A DNA stretch of 64,000 bases from Chara braunii. Taxonomy: Eukaryota > Plantae > Charophyceae. Shown piece by piece: positions 10,188 to 22,749 of this stretch. The stretch covers positions 241,195-305,194 of the forward strand of contig BFEA01000031.1 of NCBI GenBank assembly GCA_003427395.1, in the 5' to 3' direction. The first letter of the stretch is position 1, and each line of letters opens with the position of its first letter. Below the pieces are notes generated by a model, which was not told where the DNA came from, did not search any database, and worked only from the letters and a program-made list of their open reading frames with translations. A program made the translations under genes and the position numbers.

Positions 10188-10700
10188 CCTGAGGTCTGAT
10201 CGATTGGGCAGCGAGGAATTTGTTGGAGTCAATTGAGTTCTTTCCTTCTGAGGAATTTTTGAAATCTTCCATCTGACTGATTCTATCTGAGGTGCTGATG
10301 GGTTTCGTACCTGGCGCCTTCTATGATCCATATTCTTTGCTGGTTATCGATGTTTCCTTTTGGGTAGCCTGCGAGGTTTCGAGCTCGGTACCTTCCGTCT
10401 GGGAGAGTTTCAGGGCCGTCTGCCCTGTTCGGGCTGTGGGCAATCTTTATAGCCTGAGTCTAGAGTGTTGAACACGGTACCTTCTACGACTGGTGTCTAT
10501 CTTGGACCAGGCCCTCTGGTGGGCTGAGTGAATTCTTTGACTATGTTTCCGCTGGCTTTGATCTGCTGACTTTCAGTACTGCTACTGAATCAGCTTTAGG
10601 ACCACCACTCGCTGCTTCTGGAATGCTTGGACCTAGGTCTTGGGTGTCTGTTCTGTACTTATAGGTAGTGTGAGACGTCGACAAGCACTCAATGCGTGTA

Positions 10701-10756
10701 GACCCCTGACGATTCTGCAACCGGCTGCGGATGAAACATGTTGGGTCGTTGCCGGT
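10701..10756 (+). ncRNA. Minimal type I hammerhead ribozyme of the PLE type
   Basis: Stem I GACCC/GGGTC; core CTGACGA; stem II TCTGCA/TGCGGA; GAAA; palindromic mini stem III ACATGT; cleavage triplet GUU. Loop II ACCGGC is complementary to GCCGGT at 10751-10756 (pseudoknot). Confidence 0.75.
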
Positions 10757-11133
10757 CGCTTGGCTATGGTTGTCATGATATGGGCACAATGTTGCCTAGT
10801 TCAGAGTTGAGCTACTCAGGCTGGTGCCTCAGGAATTTTTCAAATTACGAGCCTGCCTCACGTTCTGGAGATGTCGACGTGTCATATTTTCCTCTTATCT
10901 TTCTTTTTTCTCCTCCTCTCCGCCTTCTTCTTTTCTCCTTCCTTCTCTCCTCTTCTTCTCTTTCCATTCTTTCGTCAGTTTTCTGTCATGACTTGTTGAT
11001 GTCTCGGGTTGCATGCTTGAGTTATTGATCTGATAGACCTTCGGGTCGGCACTATTGCCTTGTCGATTATGCTGTTGACAATTTTGATGTTGTGTGAACA
11101 ATTCACCATTCATGCAAACAACCACAATGGTCA

Positions 11134-11275
11134 GGGATGCTGGACCCACTTTCCAGCAGGTGCTGCTCCCCACCAATAGATGGAGCCTCCCCGATAGAGC
11201 TAGTAGTGCCTGCTCGTACCAGCATCCCTAGCATCTGTTCAGGTTGTTTTCTAAAAAAAAAAAAAAAAAAAAAAA
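11134..11275 (+). mobile_element. Short LINE-tail retroposon (conserved 3' motif + hairpin + poly(A))
   Basis: GGGATGCTGGACCCACTTTCCAGCAGGTGCTGCTCCCCACCAATAGATGGAGC followed by a hairpin and an A-tail. Confidence 0.8.
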
Positions 11276-12135
11276 GATTACAGCCCAGTGGGGGGCGGCT
11301 AGGGAAAAGTTGAACCAAGTACACACCAGGGGCGATATCAATAGAATCATCTCTGACTTCTGTGCGGACTGGTTGGGGAGGAGGGAGGGCTGGGTGGCAA
11401 AATGAGCTGGGCAGGAAACGGGACTGGGCAACAGGAACACCAACGGGACCATCGACAGGAGGAGGAGGTGGGACCGCAAGGGGGACAACAGGGAGAGATT
11501 GAAAGGGATTATCACCTGCATTTTCATGAGTGGACAAAGGTTGACCCTCGGGACCCCTTACGACCAGCCCAGGAATTCTCGGACCCTTTCCCCCCTCACC
11601 CATTGTCGCTGGAGGAAATGCTAAGTACCTAAGCGCTGCTTGGCTCATTCATCTAGTGCCATCTACAATGAAGCTGAGCATCTCCCAGAAAATCTGAAGA
11701 GCATTCATCTAGCGCCATCTACGAGGAACGACAGAATGCTGGGCTCAGCCCCCAGCACATATTCGAGGAGAGCACAGCGAGAGATTGGGGTCAGGCGAGG
11801 AAATGGAAGGAGGCTCCCATTGGTGTCCCCCAGTGGCTCCTTCCGTTTTCCTGAGCCTGGCGGCATGTCAGGAGAGGGGCAGGACGTTGGACTTGATTTC
11901 CAGCAACGGGGTCTTTCCCGGTCCGTCGCATGATCATGGTTTTTCAAACTTTTTCTTATTTTCACCTATGTACTTCTAAAAGACACTGAGCCTGTTTCTC
12001 AGCAAAAAAAAATGTATTCAAGGGACACTGGACCTGGTTTCCAGCAGGTGAGGCTCCACACCAATAGATGGATCTCCAACCACCACTGGGATAGAGGCAT
12101 GCACAAGGGCCTTTCAAAAAAAAAAAAAAAAAAAA
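11276..12135 (+). mobile_element. LINE 3' fragment (ORF2 C-terminus, 3' UTR, tail motif, poly(A))
   Basis: DPFPPHPL C-terminal peptide shared with 29000-29215 and 35765-36904; tail motif at 12022-12075; A-tail 12115-12135. Confidence 0.75.
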
Positions 12136-12444
12136 GAATGCCCTGTCATTATAGCTGTATTTGACCCAACTTCCAGCCCAGATACGGCGATAATTATCGG
12201 GCGTTCTATTCGGGTGAAGACGGTAGGTGTGCTCGACTTTCTTAGCCCTGCTATAATTTCCCCCCCATTTCTCAGTTTAGAAGGGTCCAGTCACTGCTGG
12301 TTGATTATAGTAGCTAAGGGCAGGGCTCCATTTTTGCGTGGTGTGGGGTTAATCCTGCCCTTCTGGGGAGGCAATCAATGCCCCTGGCACATACTTCATT
12401 CTTGTTGTGTAGGGAAGCTGTCTCCACGGGAGCAGTGGCTGAGA

Positions 12445-14050
12445 CTTTTTTTTTTTTTTTTTTTTTTTTTTAAACCGGGCCCGGTGCCCAAGGCTGATAT
12501 TACCAATAATAAGATTGAGGCCGGGGTCCTCACAGTCTGCCCGGAGTGATCGAACCAAAACTGTTGAGAACCAGGCTCAGCATCCCTCAAATGGTTATGA
12601 TGATGACCATTATGATACTGATGATACCATAGATAATGATGCTAATGAGAATGATAATTCAAATATATGAAAGATTATGCTATATCAGCTATTCTAGTAT
12701 CCTAATCCCAGTACAACTCCTAGCCCTCCCTGTACCAGAACACTGTACCTCAGAGACAAAACCAACCTAACCAACATCAACCATAGCTGATCTCTTCTCG
12801 CCTCCTTGTAGGCCCCCCCCGGTTCACCACTGGGATGCCTTCCACCCTCAGCAAACCCCAGATCTCTCTACCAGGCCTCACACTCCTGCTATTTACAGGT
12901 TACAGGGCAACGCCCCAGCTCCGGCCAGCATCGTTCTGGCATCGCCAAACCAAGGGCACAAAAACAGAGCAACTCAGAAGATATCAGTCCAGTTTCAACC
13001 ATCTCAGAAGTCCTATATCCCGAATGTGGAAGAATACTAGATGCAGCCAAAATTTCAGAACACCAAAAAGCTTAATATAACAATAATCAGATGATGATAC
13101 TAATGATGTGGTGATGATGATGATGATGATGATGATNATGATGATAATGAATATGATGATTAGTATATAGAAGTTATAACAGCATTTCTGGCCTCCTAAT
13201 CTCTGAACCCTCCCAGCCCTCCCTGAACCAGGACATTACATCTCAGAGACAATACCCTCCTAACCAATGTCTACCATAGCTGACCTGTTCTCGCCACCTA
13301 GACTAACCCTGGCCCCATAGGTTGTCAAGGCAGCCCCTCCGGTTCGCCACTGGATTGCCTTCCTCCCTCGGCAAATCCCCAGATCTCTCTACAAGGCCTC
13401 ACACTCCTGCTAATTGCAGGTTACAGGGCAACGCCCCAACTCCAACCAGCGTCGTTCTGGCGTCGCCAAACCAGGGGCAAAGACAAAGCAACTCTGTAGA
13501 TATCGGTCCAGATTCGACCATCTCTAAAATCCTATATCCTGATTAAGGAAGGAGGCCAGATACAGTCGAGAATTACAGCACACCAGAAATCATGATATAA
13601 CATGGATGATGATGATGATGATGATGATTTTGATGATGAGATGATCCAGAAAAAATCCCCTCTCTCCCTTCCTTCCTCCATTCTCTCCATTACCCTATCT
13701 ATTCCTTTACCCTAATCTGCCCCCGTTGGGATTTGATGCCCAGCCCCAAAAAAGAGTATTCCTCACAATCTGCCTGTACCCCCTCAAGGATTTCACCACC
13801 CGCCTAATGAAACCCCTGCGTGGCTGGGCTCTCCCCCTCCCCTTCACCAAAATGTCATTCGCTTGGATTTTGTTGATGACGAAGGATAGCACCCTGAAGA
13901 TAATGATAATGAAGATGATGATAACGACCCACTCACCTACTGATGTGAAAGGCGAACGATACCTTGAAGAGCAAACTCTACTGATAACAAACTAATAATG
14001 ATGATACTAATCATCATCATAATTATGATGATAATGATGTTGATGATGTC

Positions 14051-14086
<36 letters not shown>

Positions 14087-14338
14087 GACACACCAATGAT
14101 GATGCACATAATAATGATGATGATGATGATGATGTCAGTAATGCTGCTGATGATGATGAAGATGATGATGATGATGATGATGATAATGATGATGATGATA
14201 ATGATGATGATGATAATGATGATGATGATGATAATGATGATATGATGATGATGAAAATGATGATGACACACCAATGAAGATGCTGATAATGATGATGATG
14301 ATGATGATATGTCAGTAATGCTGCTGATGATGATGAAA

Positions 14339-14370
<32 letters not shown>

Positions 14371-15070
14371 ATGATGATGATGAAGATGATGATGACGCAC
14401 CAATGAAGATGCTCATAATGATGATGGTGATGTCAGTAATGCTGCTACTGCTGATGATGATGATGATTACCGTCGTTATCCCCACATTTTGAAAAATGTC
14501 GATGATGATGATGATGAAGATTACCACCGTTGGCAATGCAGTACGAGTGAAGGCCGACGACAAATCCAGCAAGACACTGAAACTAAAAGCTGGCCAGAAT
14601 CGAAGAGAACGTCCCACCCCATGAAGCAAAGTATCCTCAGTCACACTGAGGTTTCCAACGCCTGAAGGTTCGTGCCACGAAGCAGAAGCACCAACCCCCT
14701 TTCTCTACCTGTGCCAGCCTGTGACGCCAGGAGATCCGCACGAAACAGAACAGAAGACCATCGCCTCTCCCTCCTCTCTGTCAACTAGAGACGCCATCAT
14801 CCCCGTTGTAGAGTAGCAGCGCTCAACGGCCGTGTCTTTGTGATGTCACCTCCCTCATTTTTCGCAGCCGCACCCTAGCGCTGCTCCATCCGGCAGCGCA
14901 CCGCCCACTAGCATCATTCCACCTGGCAGCGCACCGCCCGCTAGCAGCGCTCCACCTGGCACACGCATCGGTACACTACCACGTCGCCCGCTCGCCGTGC
15001 ACGTTCCTCCATAGCTTGCTTGGCGCCGGCGCTGCTCCCCCGGTAGCGCAGCGCCGGCGCCTTGTGCTTG
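12445..15070 (-). mobile_element. Non-coding repeat element with a 5' GC hairpin, internal ~400-bp duplication, (CAT)n tracts and a GGGCACCGGGCCC-poly(A) end
   Basis: Poly(T) at 12445-12472 is followed by ACCGGGCCCGGTGCCCAAGG. Blocks ~12700-13080 and ~13180-13600 are duplicated. GC hairpin at 15022-15060. Homologous to 52460-54930 and to the 3' piece at 35045-35193. Confidence 0.55.
13100..14520. repeat. Extensive degenerate (GAT)n microsatellite tracts
   Basis: Directly visible; the poly-I/poly-H/poly-S ORFs are artefacts. Confidence 0.95.
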
Positions 15071-16137
15071 GGTGAGTGATCGCATTAAGCCAAGGTGCTC
15101 ATCCTTCCTCACCCTCCAGCAACCCTACTCGGAAGAGGCTTGTGTTCGCGCTTTATTCAATTTCATAATCTGAGCCTTGGGCACTGGGCCCCTGTTTTCC
15201 CAAAACAAAAAACAAAACACACAAAAAAAAGGCAAACACCAAATGTGGGTTGTGGTTTCAAGTGGGAATGGAACAGGGATCGGGAAGGCATCTACTTCTC
15301 GACTGCGAACAACACATGCAGGGCTCTTCCACCAGCAGGGGCAACTGACGTCCACACCTCGCCCACCACTCCCACTATCCTCATGGGGTGGAAGGAACCA
15401 GCAGCGGAGACTGACTGGAGGCAGAAATTCTCCACCAGCATGGGCCAAGGCAATCCTGCCCCGTCAGTAATCAGTAGGCCCAATCTCAGTCGATGGTTCG
15501 GTCCTGGGCACACGTCCGACCTCTACCGCGAATACGGTCCCACTGAGTATAACGGCGGGTGGGGATGGCACTTCCCTCCCGTCGAGTGGTATGCCTCAGA
15601 CAACGGTGAACCAGGTTTCTCAAGCTCAGGGCTCCATCCCCGTGACTACCGTCATCACCAAATGGAGCGCCCGGTCATTATTGCCATACCCGGACTGAAA
15701 GTTGCATCAAAATACAGCTATAATGTCCGACCGTTCTATTCGGGTGAAGATGGTCGACGTACTCCCACACACTCCCAGTCCGGCCTTCTGAGTCCATGTC
15801 TCCTACGACTACGGCCATTCTTCCTGGGAAGAGGTCCACAATTCGCGATGAGATCATCGGTAACCAGACTCTGCAGCCAACGCTTCCTGCCGTTCAATCC
15901 GGACAGGATTCTCTGTCGGCACATACACAGGGATAGGCACCTCTGCAGCCTCAAGATCAGAGTCCCACTCAGCATCAGGCTCCAGCCCAAGCACTCGCTC
16001 AGGCGCAGGCCCAGGCACAAGTTTCTGGCTCAAGCCCAAGCTGCAGCTGTCCCATAGAACACGCATGTCTTGATCTAAGTATCCTTCAAGCAATGTAACT
16101 TGTCTGCTTTGCTGCTGAAGACTAACCCACAGGGAAA

Positions 16138-16357
16138 ACGGAGCCCCGGGCTGACAAGAGAAACGTCCAGGAAAACAATCAAACAGCAATCTCTGTATTA
16201 CAAGATTACCAATGGGACGCTGGACCCGGTTTCCAGCAGGTGCCGCTCCCCACCAATAGATGGAGCAGCCCGACAGATAAGACCTCAATTCTGATGGTTC
16301 TCTTACCGCCGCCAGGATAGAGGGCTTACACAAGGTCTATTTCGCAACAAAAAAAAA
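16138..16357 (+). mobile_element. 220-bp LINE-tail retroposon with a 20-bp target-site duplication
   Basis: AAGACTAACCCACAGGGAAA at 16118-16137 and 16358-16377 flanks the tail motif (16214-16266) and poly(A). Confidence 0.88.
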
Positions 16358-16885
16358 AAGACTAACCCACAGGGAAATCCATACATTCCATCGCTCACAA
16401 CATCAGTACCCCCAGATCCTGAAGTTTTTCTCAGAACAGCCCCTGGCCCGCACACTGTTGGAAAAATGGTGCCATGTCCGGCATATGAAATCCATCCCCC
16501 AACTTACTATAGACAAGCAAGGGGTCTGCCAAAGGGTCAGTAAGATTTATGCTCTGTATCTTAACGCAGGGCGGGTCCCTGGTTTGTACCAGGCCCTTTT
16601 AGAGACCCCTTGGTTTAGAGGCCCTTTTAGGGACTGTGCAGTGCAGGTCCCTGGCTTGTCAGTGGGCCCTTTTAGAGACCCCTTTTGGAGTCCCTGGTTT
16701 GCAAACCTGGGACTGTACTGGGTCCCCATAGGTTGGTTAAAAAATTCCAACCACACAGAGTGGCCTTATCCAGTCCTAGGGAACGGGACAAGGGGTGACA
16801 TCATCACCAAGCTCAATGATACCCTCCATATTACGGGGGGAAGGACTTTCTGTCACAACCTTTTTTTGAGGCTATATGTCAGCAT

Positions 16886-17958
16886 CAGAGTTCGCAACCA
16901 GGATTTTTAACTAAACTAACCACACACTTTTCGAAAACCAACCAACCATGACCACTGTATACCTGGCCTACCGCACCTTTACCTACCTCCAACTGATCCG
17001 AAAAAAAAAACCGGGTACCTGTACCCGCCCATACCTGAACCTCTGCAGACTGTAACTGCCCGTACCCGCCCTTGGGTTTTTTTTTTTTTTTTAACCAACC
17101 ATGGCTAACTGAACCCAAACCGTGTCTTAACCACCCGTACCATACCCAACCGGAATTTTCATTACCCGTGTTCAGCCGTACCCGTCCCCACCTACCCACA
17201 ATTGTATGCACCTACCCGTAACCGCCCGCACCTGTTACCCACCCTCCCCTAACTGCCCCAAACTGTTCTAACCGCCCCTAAAAACCCCCAACCGACTCTA
17301 ACTCCTCTCACAACCTTTGGGTTGTGGTCGGGGTCCAGAAATAATACTTACTGCAGTTGTTGTCGCAACTGCAGCGATAGTCAGATGTGGTGCATCTGCT
17401 GCTGCAGCAGCAGATGCAACCCCTCCAGCAACTGCAGAAATGATGTCAATGGAACAACTGTAGCAGATGTGGTGCATCTGCAGCCGCAGCAGCATATGCA
17501 ACCCCTGCAGCAACTACGGAAATGATGTCAATGCAACTACTGCAGCAGCATACGCAACCCCTGCAGCAACTGCAAAAAAAAAAAAAAACGGGCCTATGAC
17601 TTCAGATGGTGGGAAAGGGCGGGGGGGGAAGGGCTAGGAGGGGGGCAAGTGGGAATACAAGGGGTAGTGAACCACGGTTACCCAGTGGATCCTCTACCCA
17701 CCCGTACCCGCCCCCCATTTTTTTTGTCTGTCCCTCGTACCTGTCCGTACCGGTTTTAGTTTTATGTTTGGCTGGCCCTATCTGCCCGTGATCTTCATAA
17801 ATACTAACTGTGCCTACCCGTCATCTCCAGAAAAAACAAATTTGCCTGCCCATAACCAACCCCCCCTTCGGATAGGGGCACCTAGACCTACCCATGACCT
17901 GGCGGTTACAGTTGGGTGCGGTCGGGTACGGGTAACGGTTACCCATTTGCGCTCTTTG
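16886..17958. mobile_element. Non-autonomous hAT-type DNA transposon
   Basis: Perfect 8-bp TSD GTCAGCAT (16878-16885, 17959-17966). Imperfect 12-bp TIR (CAGAGTTCGCAA vs CAAAGAGCGCAA). Many subterminal ACCCGT/ACGGGT motifs; internal CAG-rich repeats. Confidence 0.85.
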
Positions 17959-18229
17959 GTCAGCATCACACTCACGCCTATCCTCTCAGGGGTGTGGCAC
18001 GAGGTCATGAATGGACAAAAGACTTCGGGTGGCGTCATGGAATGTTAGGGGTTTAGGGGACTCACACGGCAAACACAAATGGTTCCACGTGAAGTCCTAG
18101 ATCCATGATCAAAGGGTATCTATCCTTCTGAACCAGGAATCCAATCTCCGTAAAGTGGCATGGGATATAATGAGTTAATAACACAACCAAGAACCAAGGG
18201 GGGGCTAGGCATAGTTGATCTGGAAAATG

Positions 18230-21200
18230 AGCTTTTTTTTACCTTTTTTTTCTAACAAAAGACTCTTCTGGATATACTAACTGGGATGGGAAGAGCATCC
18301 CCATTTCGTATAGATAGGTTGAGTCATTCCATCTATTCGTGGTGAGTTGCACCTGCTGGAAAACGGGTCTAGCATCCCATTGAGGACAAAATGAACAGAA
18401 TAGCAGAGAGGGGGGGAGAGTCAGTCATTAACATCCCATTGGGGCTCTTCACCCAGGCTGAGCGCCAGAAATAACTTTTCTAACTAGTCCTTACTCCCAC
18501 CCTATTTCCGAGAAAGAGTTAGTAATCTGCAATAACTATTCAATTTTCCACTCCCCCTTCTGACTCAGGGACATTCACTCCATACAATGACAGCGGGACA
18601 AGAGCATCAGGGGTACAGGGAATAGACTAGGAAACTCTTGTACAGGGTGGAGGGGAATCGTTGGGTCCACCACAGTCCACTCATTGAACCGTAAGTTGTA
18701 GTTCATGTTTATGTCGTCTCCCTCCTCTATTTCAGCACCTTCTCATTCCACCCTCCCTATCCTTCCACCTTCTTCCCCCCCCAACCAGTCACTACAATGC
18801 CCCTTTTCTCTAGGGAGGAACTATCCATTAGCCAGTCACTTCTAAGGAGACAACAGTGTTCTATTTGCCACTGAAGGGAACCAATTTTGGATGGTTTGGA
18901 CTTCACAGCTTTGAACCATTTAATGTCCTTTAGCTCCTCCCTAGTGAGGTTCAAATGCTGCATCCATCTAGCCGATACCCTGACTTTCAGGTTGATTTCA
19001 GGTCTAATCATCCGATAGGTAGACTTGACTGAGAGGGTGTGTGAGTATCGATTGTAATCCATGTTGAGCTTGGTTTGGGTTCCCCATATCCAGCAGCCTG
19101 GATCAATGGGGAGATCTAAGATGCGTGTAGATGGTCTAAATGCTAGGCACGTCAAGACATCCCTCTTTAAGTACTCTGATTCTGAAAATTTTATCAGTGC
19201 ATATTCATTTTTGCTTGATATCTTGACTGAAAATTATTACATTGTCTTCCTTTTAACGTACAGGAAGTCTTCCTTTTCAGGGGATACAACTAGTATACTA
19301 CCTTCCAATTCTGGATCTTCCTTGATAACCACCCAGTCACTTCCCTGAAACTTTCTTCAAAATTCTCATCCATTCTAGGAGGATTAGATTTACTATTATG
19401 TATATACTATCCTCCACTCGGTGGCAATATTTGAGCGTATTGTAGAAGAGGTCTGGGGAGATCCAATCTTGAGAAAGCCTCGTCCCCGATATATTTTACC
19501 CTTGTTATACCCTTCCTGATCCACCCTTTCCATGGATTATCATTACAATGTAAGGTGACGCCTTGAGAATCTCCGATCCAGGCGTTGTTGAGTAATGGTT
19601 GTTGATTGATCTCTTCCCTTTTCTGGGGGAAATGTTTGTCAAGTAAAGGGAGTTTTCTCCATGTTTTGAGGATAGTTGGCCAGAAAGGATCCTTAATGAT
19701 GTCTCTTCTGGATGCTTCCTTATTTGTGATATTTTGAGAATCTTGATCCTTGGATGTGCCTCTTAGGATTGTTCAATCTCTGTTTTTTAGCCACATTGCT
19801 AGATCTATTGATTCTTCTGTCGAGGGGGCTAATCTCTTTAGCTTTTCTCATGCAAGGGCGCTCCATGGGGTTTGCGGATTGAGTAAGAGTCTTTTGATCC
19901 ATTATATTGAGAGTGTCATGGTTTGAATAGTAGGGTCTACTATGCCTAATCCCCCCTTGGATTTTGGTTGGATCATTGAAGACCACGCTACTCTGCTAGT
20001 GACATTTTTATAATCATGATTTCGCCTGCATAGTAAGGCTCTTAGTTGTTGTTGAAGGGATTTGATGGATGGATTATCTAGGGTCCAGATTGCAGATTTA
20101 TACCATATTGAGGCTAGTACGACGTTGTTGATTACCAAAGATCGCTACATTATCGATGTTTGTTTGTTCTTTCATAGTTCTAACTTAGTTTTAGCGTTTC
20201 GTAAGATGTTATCATTGTTTGTTTTTTGTTTTTCTTCAGCTGATAAAGATATGCATAGGACTCTTATTGGAGTATCAAGGGATAAACACTTCACTCGGGG
20301 TGTCTCTGGTGGCCGAACACCCTGATGATGGATCTACCAACTAAGGGTCTTATCTTCCCAATTGACACTCATGTTCGATAATTTATAGAATTTGCTCATT
20401 AAGTCATGAATTGCTTTCATGTTTTCCTGAGTTACGTCCACCATTAGAGGGAGATCATCAGCAAAAAAAAAACATAAAGGAATTGTCTCCTGAAGGATGG
20501 AAGTCATTTGAATTTCCTTATGTTTTTGTGCTGGTTTAGTTTGACAACAAGTGCTTCCATTATTAATATGAAGAGGAAGGGGGTTAAGGGATCACTTTGT
20601 CTAACTAACTCTGTAGATTAATTGGTGGCGCTGCATTTTCAGTAACCTTGACCCTAGTTGTGATTTTTTTATGCATAATTTCAATCCATTTTCTAAAACA
20701 GGGTCAAAAGTTCATTTTTTTCATACATTTGTCCACGGAGAAACTGTCAACATGATCATAAGTTTTCTCAAAGTCAATGAAGGTGAAAGTTGCCTTATGT
20801 TTAGATTGACGTGCAACTTTGACTAATTCATCTATAAGAAAAATGTTGTCTTGAATATTTCGGTCAAAGATGAAACATGTTTGCATTGGATGAATAATGT
20901 CGGCGATAAGCATTCTACCTGTCAGAATTTTCGATGCTAATTTATACATCACTGTGAGGAGCGTGATGGGGCAATAGTTGTGAATGTTGAGTTTATCTTT
21001 TTTTTATTATGCAGGAGGGCAAAAACACTTTGGTTGACTAACTCTCCCATGTCCCTTGTGATCCAGACCGCACGGTAGTAATTCATGAGATCTTGAACAA
21101 GGGGACCCCACATAGTCTTTCAAAATTCATGGGGAGGTCATCGATGTCGGGTGTCTTTTCCTCTTCCATTAAACATATGAGGGATTTCTAAATTTCATCC

Positions 21201-22746
21201 CGGGATAATGACATTTTCAGTTTCTCTCTTTGTGCATCAGTGATTGATTTTTTTAAGGGAATTAAGAATTCATCTATTTCTATTGTTCTTTGGGATATGG
21301 GAATTGAAGAGGTTTGAGATATGAAGATATCCTTATAAAAATCTTTCGCAATTTTCGTACTAGCGGTTGTTGAGATGATTAGGGGTTCGTTTTTGTTGAA
21401 GGAATTGGTTAATGCTTTAATTGTGGTCTTCCATTTTTAACTCTAGCCATGACAAAGAAACATGCGTCCATAACACCTTTCATCTGATGTCCTTTTAGCT
21501 TACCACAAATTTTAATTTTATCTCTCCACGAATACCATCTATATTTCATGTACTTAAGTAATTGATGTTCTAATGCTAGAATCTATTTGGCTAATGATTC
21601 CGGACTTATTGATCGTCTAAATTATTTTATTTTCTTGTAATTCATGATTTTTTTTTTTTAAGTCATTTTTTTGTTGATGCCTTAATCTTGCTAGAGCCTT
21701 AGAGTATTAATTGCATTTACGGTCTAGGAAGGTTAGGCCATCGTTGAACCAAATTACGTCATTCTTGATGAGGGGTCTGTGTTTTTTTTCCAGAATTCTC
21801 AACACATCCTCTAGATATTGTAGTATGTTAAGATCCTTGAGATGAGATGTGTTGAGTCTGTAGAAACCATTACCCTGATCTGGTTTCTTACGAAAGAAAA
21901 ACATTGCCATACACATGTCATGATCTAGGCCGTGAAAGGGCTTTTAGGAAAAATATAGGCAAAGTGCATCCCACCTAAGTCTTCTGAAACCATAATACGG
22001 TCAATCCTGGATTTATCGGGTATGTTAAAATATCATTTTCTAAAACAAAAGAATGATTTGGCAGTAGGGTTTAATCTCTTGAAGGAGTCAAAGAGGTTGG
22101 AAGAGTTACAGAGATTGGCTACAATCTGTTAATATGTTTCTGTATAGGAAGGGCAAGGGAAGGGGATATTCCATTTGTCCAGGTTACGATCGGGTACTGC
22201 ATTGAAGTCTCCAACAATTATAACAAGGATACCAAATGGGAGACGGGCTAATAAGCATTCGAAGAAAATTTGACAATCTTCGGTCTCATTAGGGTCATAC
22301 ACACTTAGGATACTGACCACTTCCAATTCCAGCTTCGCCAAAATGTATATTTATCTCCCTTCTTGTTGGTCTGCTTCTCAATTGAGCACCTCGACTTTGG
22401 ATCCTAGTGGAACCCATATAGCCACACATGCGCTCCTTGGTTTTGGGGTGTGGGCCTGGTATGCGTCGTGGGCCCATATCTCTTTGTGGCTATGGTTGTG
22501 GGTTGCCATATTCATTAAGTGAGTTTTCTGGATACATATTACATTTGGCCACTCTTTACCCCCTACTCCTTTGAGAAGTTCAAGTATGGTTTGTCGCTTA
22601 CTCCTCTTAGCTAAGGCGAGGTCATTGACGTTGAGGGTCCTAAGGTCTAGGTCTGGGTTCCTTTTGAGGACCCTCCATTTTTTATCTTTGTTGTAAAGAA
22701 GATCTATTACGTTCCCCTCCTCCGACCTTTCAACCATCACACTCAT
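18230..22746 (-). pseudogene. Decayed near-complete L1/Tx1-like LINE ORF2 (APE endonuclease - RT - C-terminal region) with 3' tail motif
   Basis: APE motifs TLNVND, ICIQKTH, IVGDFNA (22129-22746). RT motifs YKLASKIL, RNIQDNI, IDFEKTYD (20704-20952). PKSKGGLGI (19902-20138). Reverse-strand tail motif 18326-18378 and poly(T) ~18233-18251. Many stops and frameshifts. Confidence 0.88.
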
Positions 22747-22749
22747 TCT

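Noticed and set aside
14023-14644. Poly-Ile/His/Ser ORFs
   Set aside because: Translations of the (GAT)n microsatellite.
15095-16057. 320-aa ORF as a host gene
   Set aside because: It crosses an A-tailed repeat end and decayed TE sequence and has no recognisable domain.
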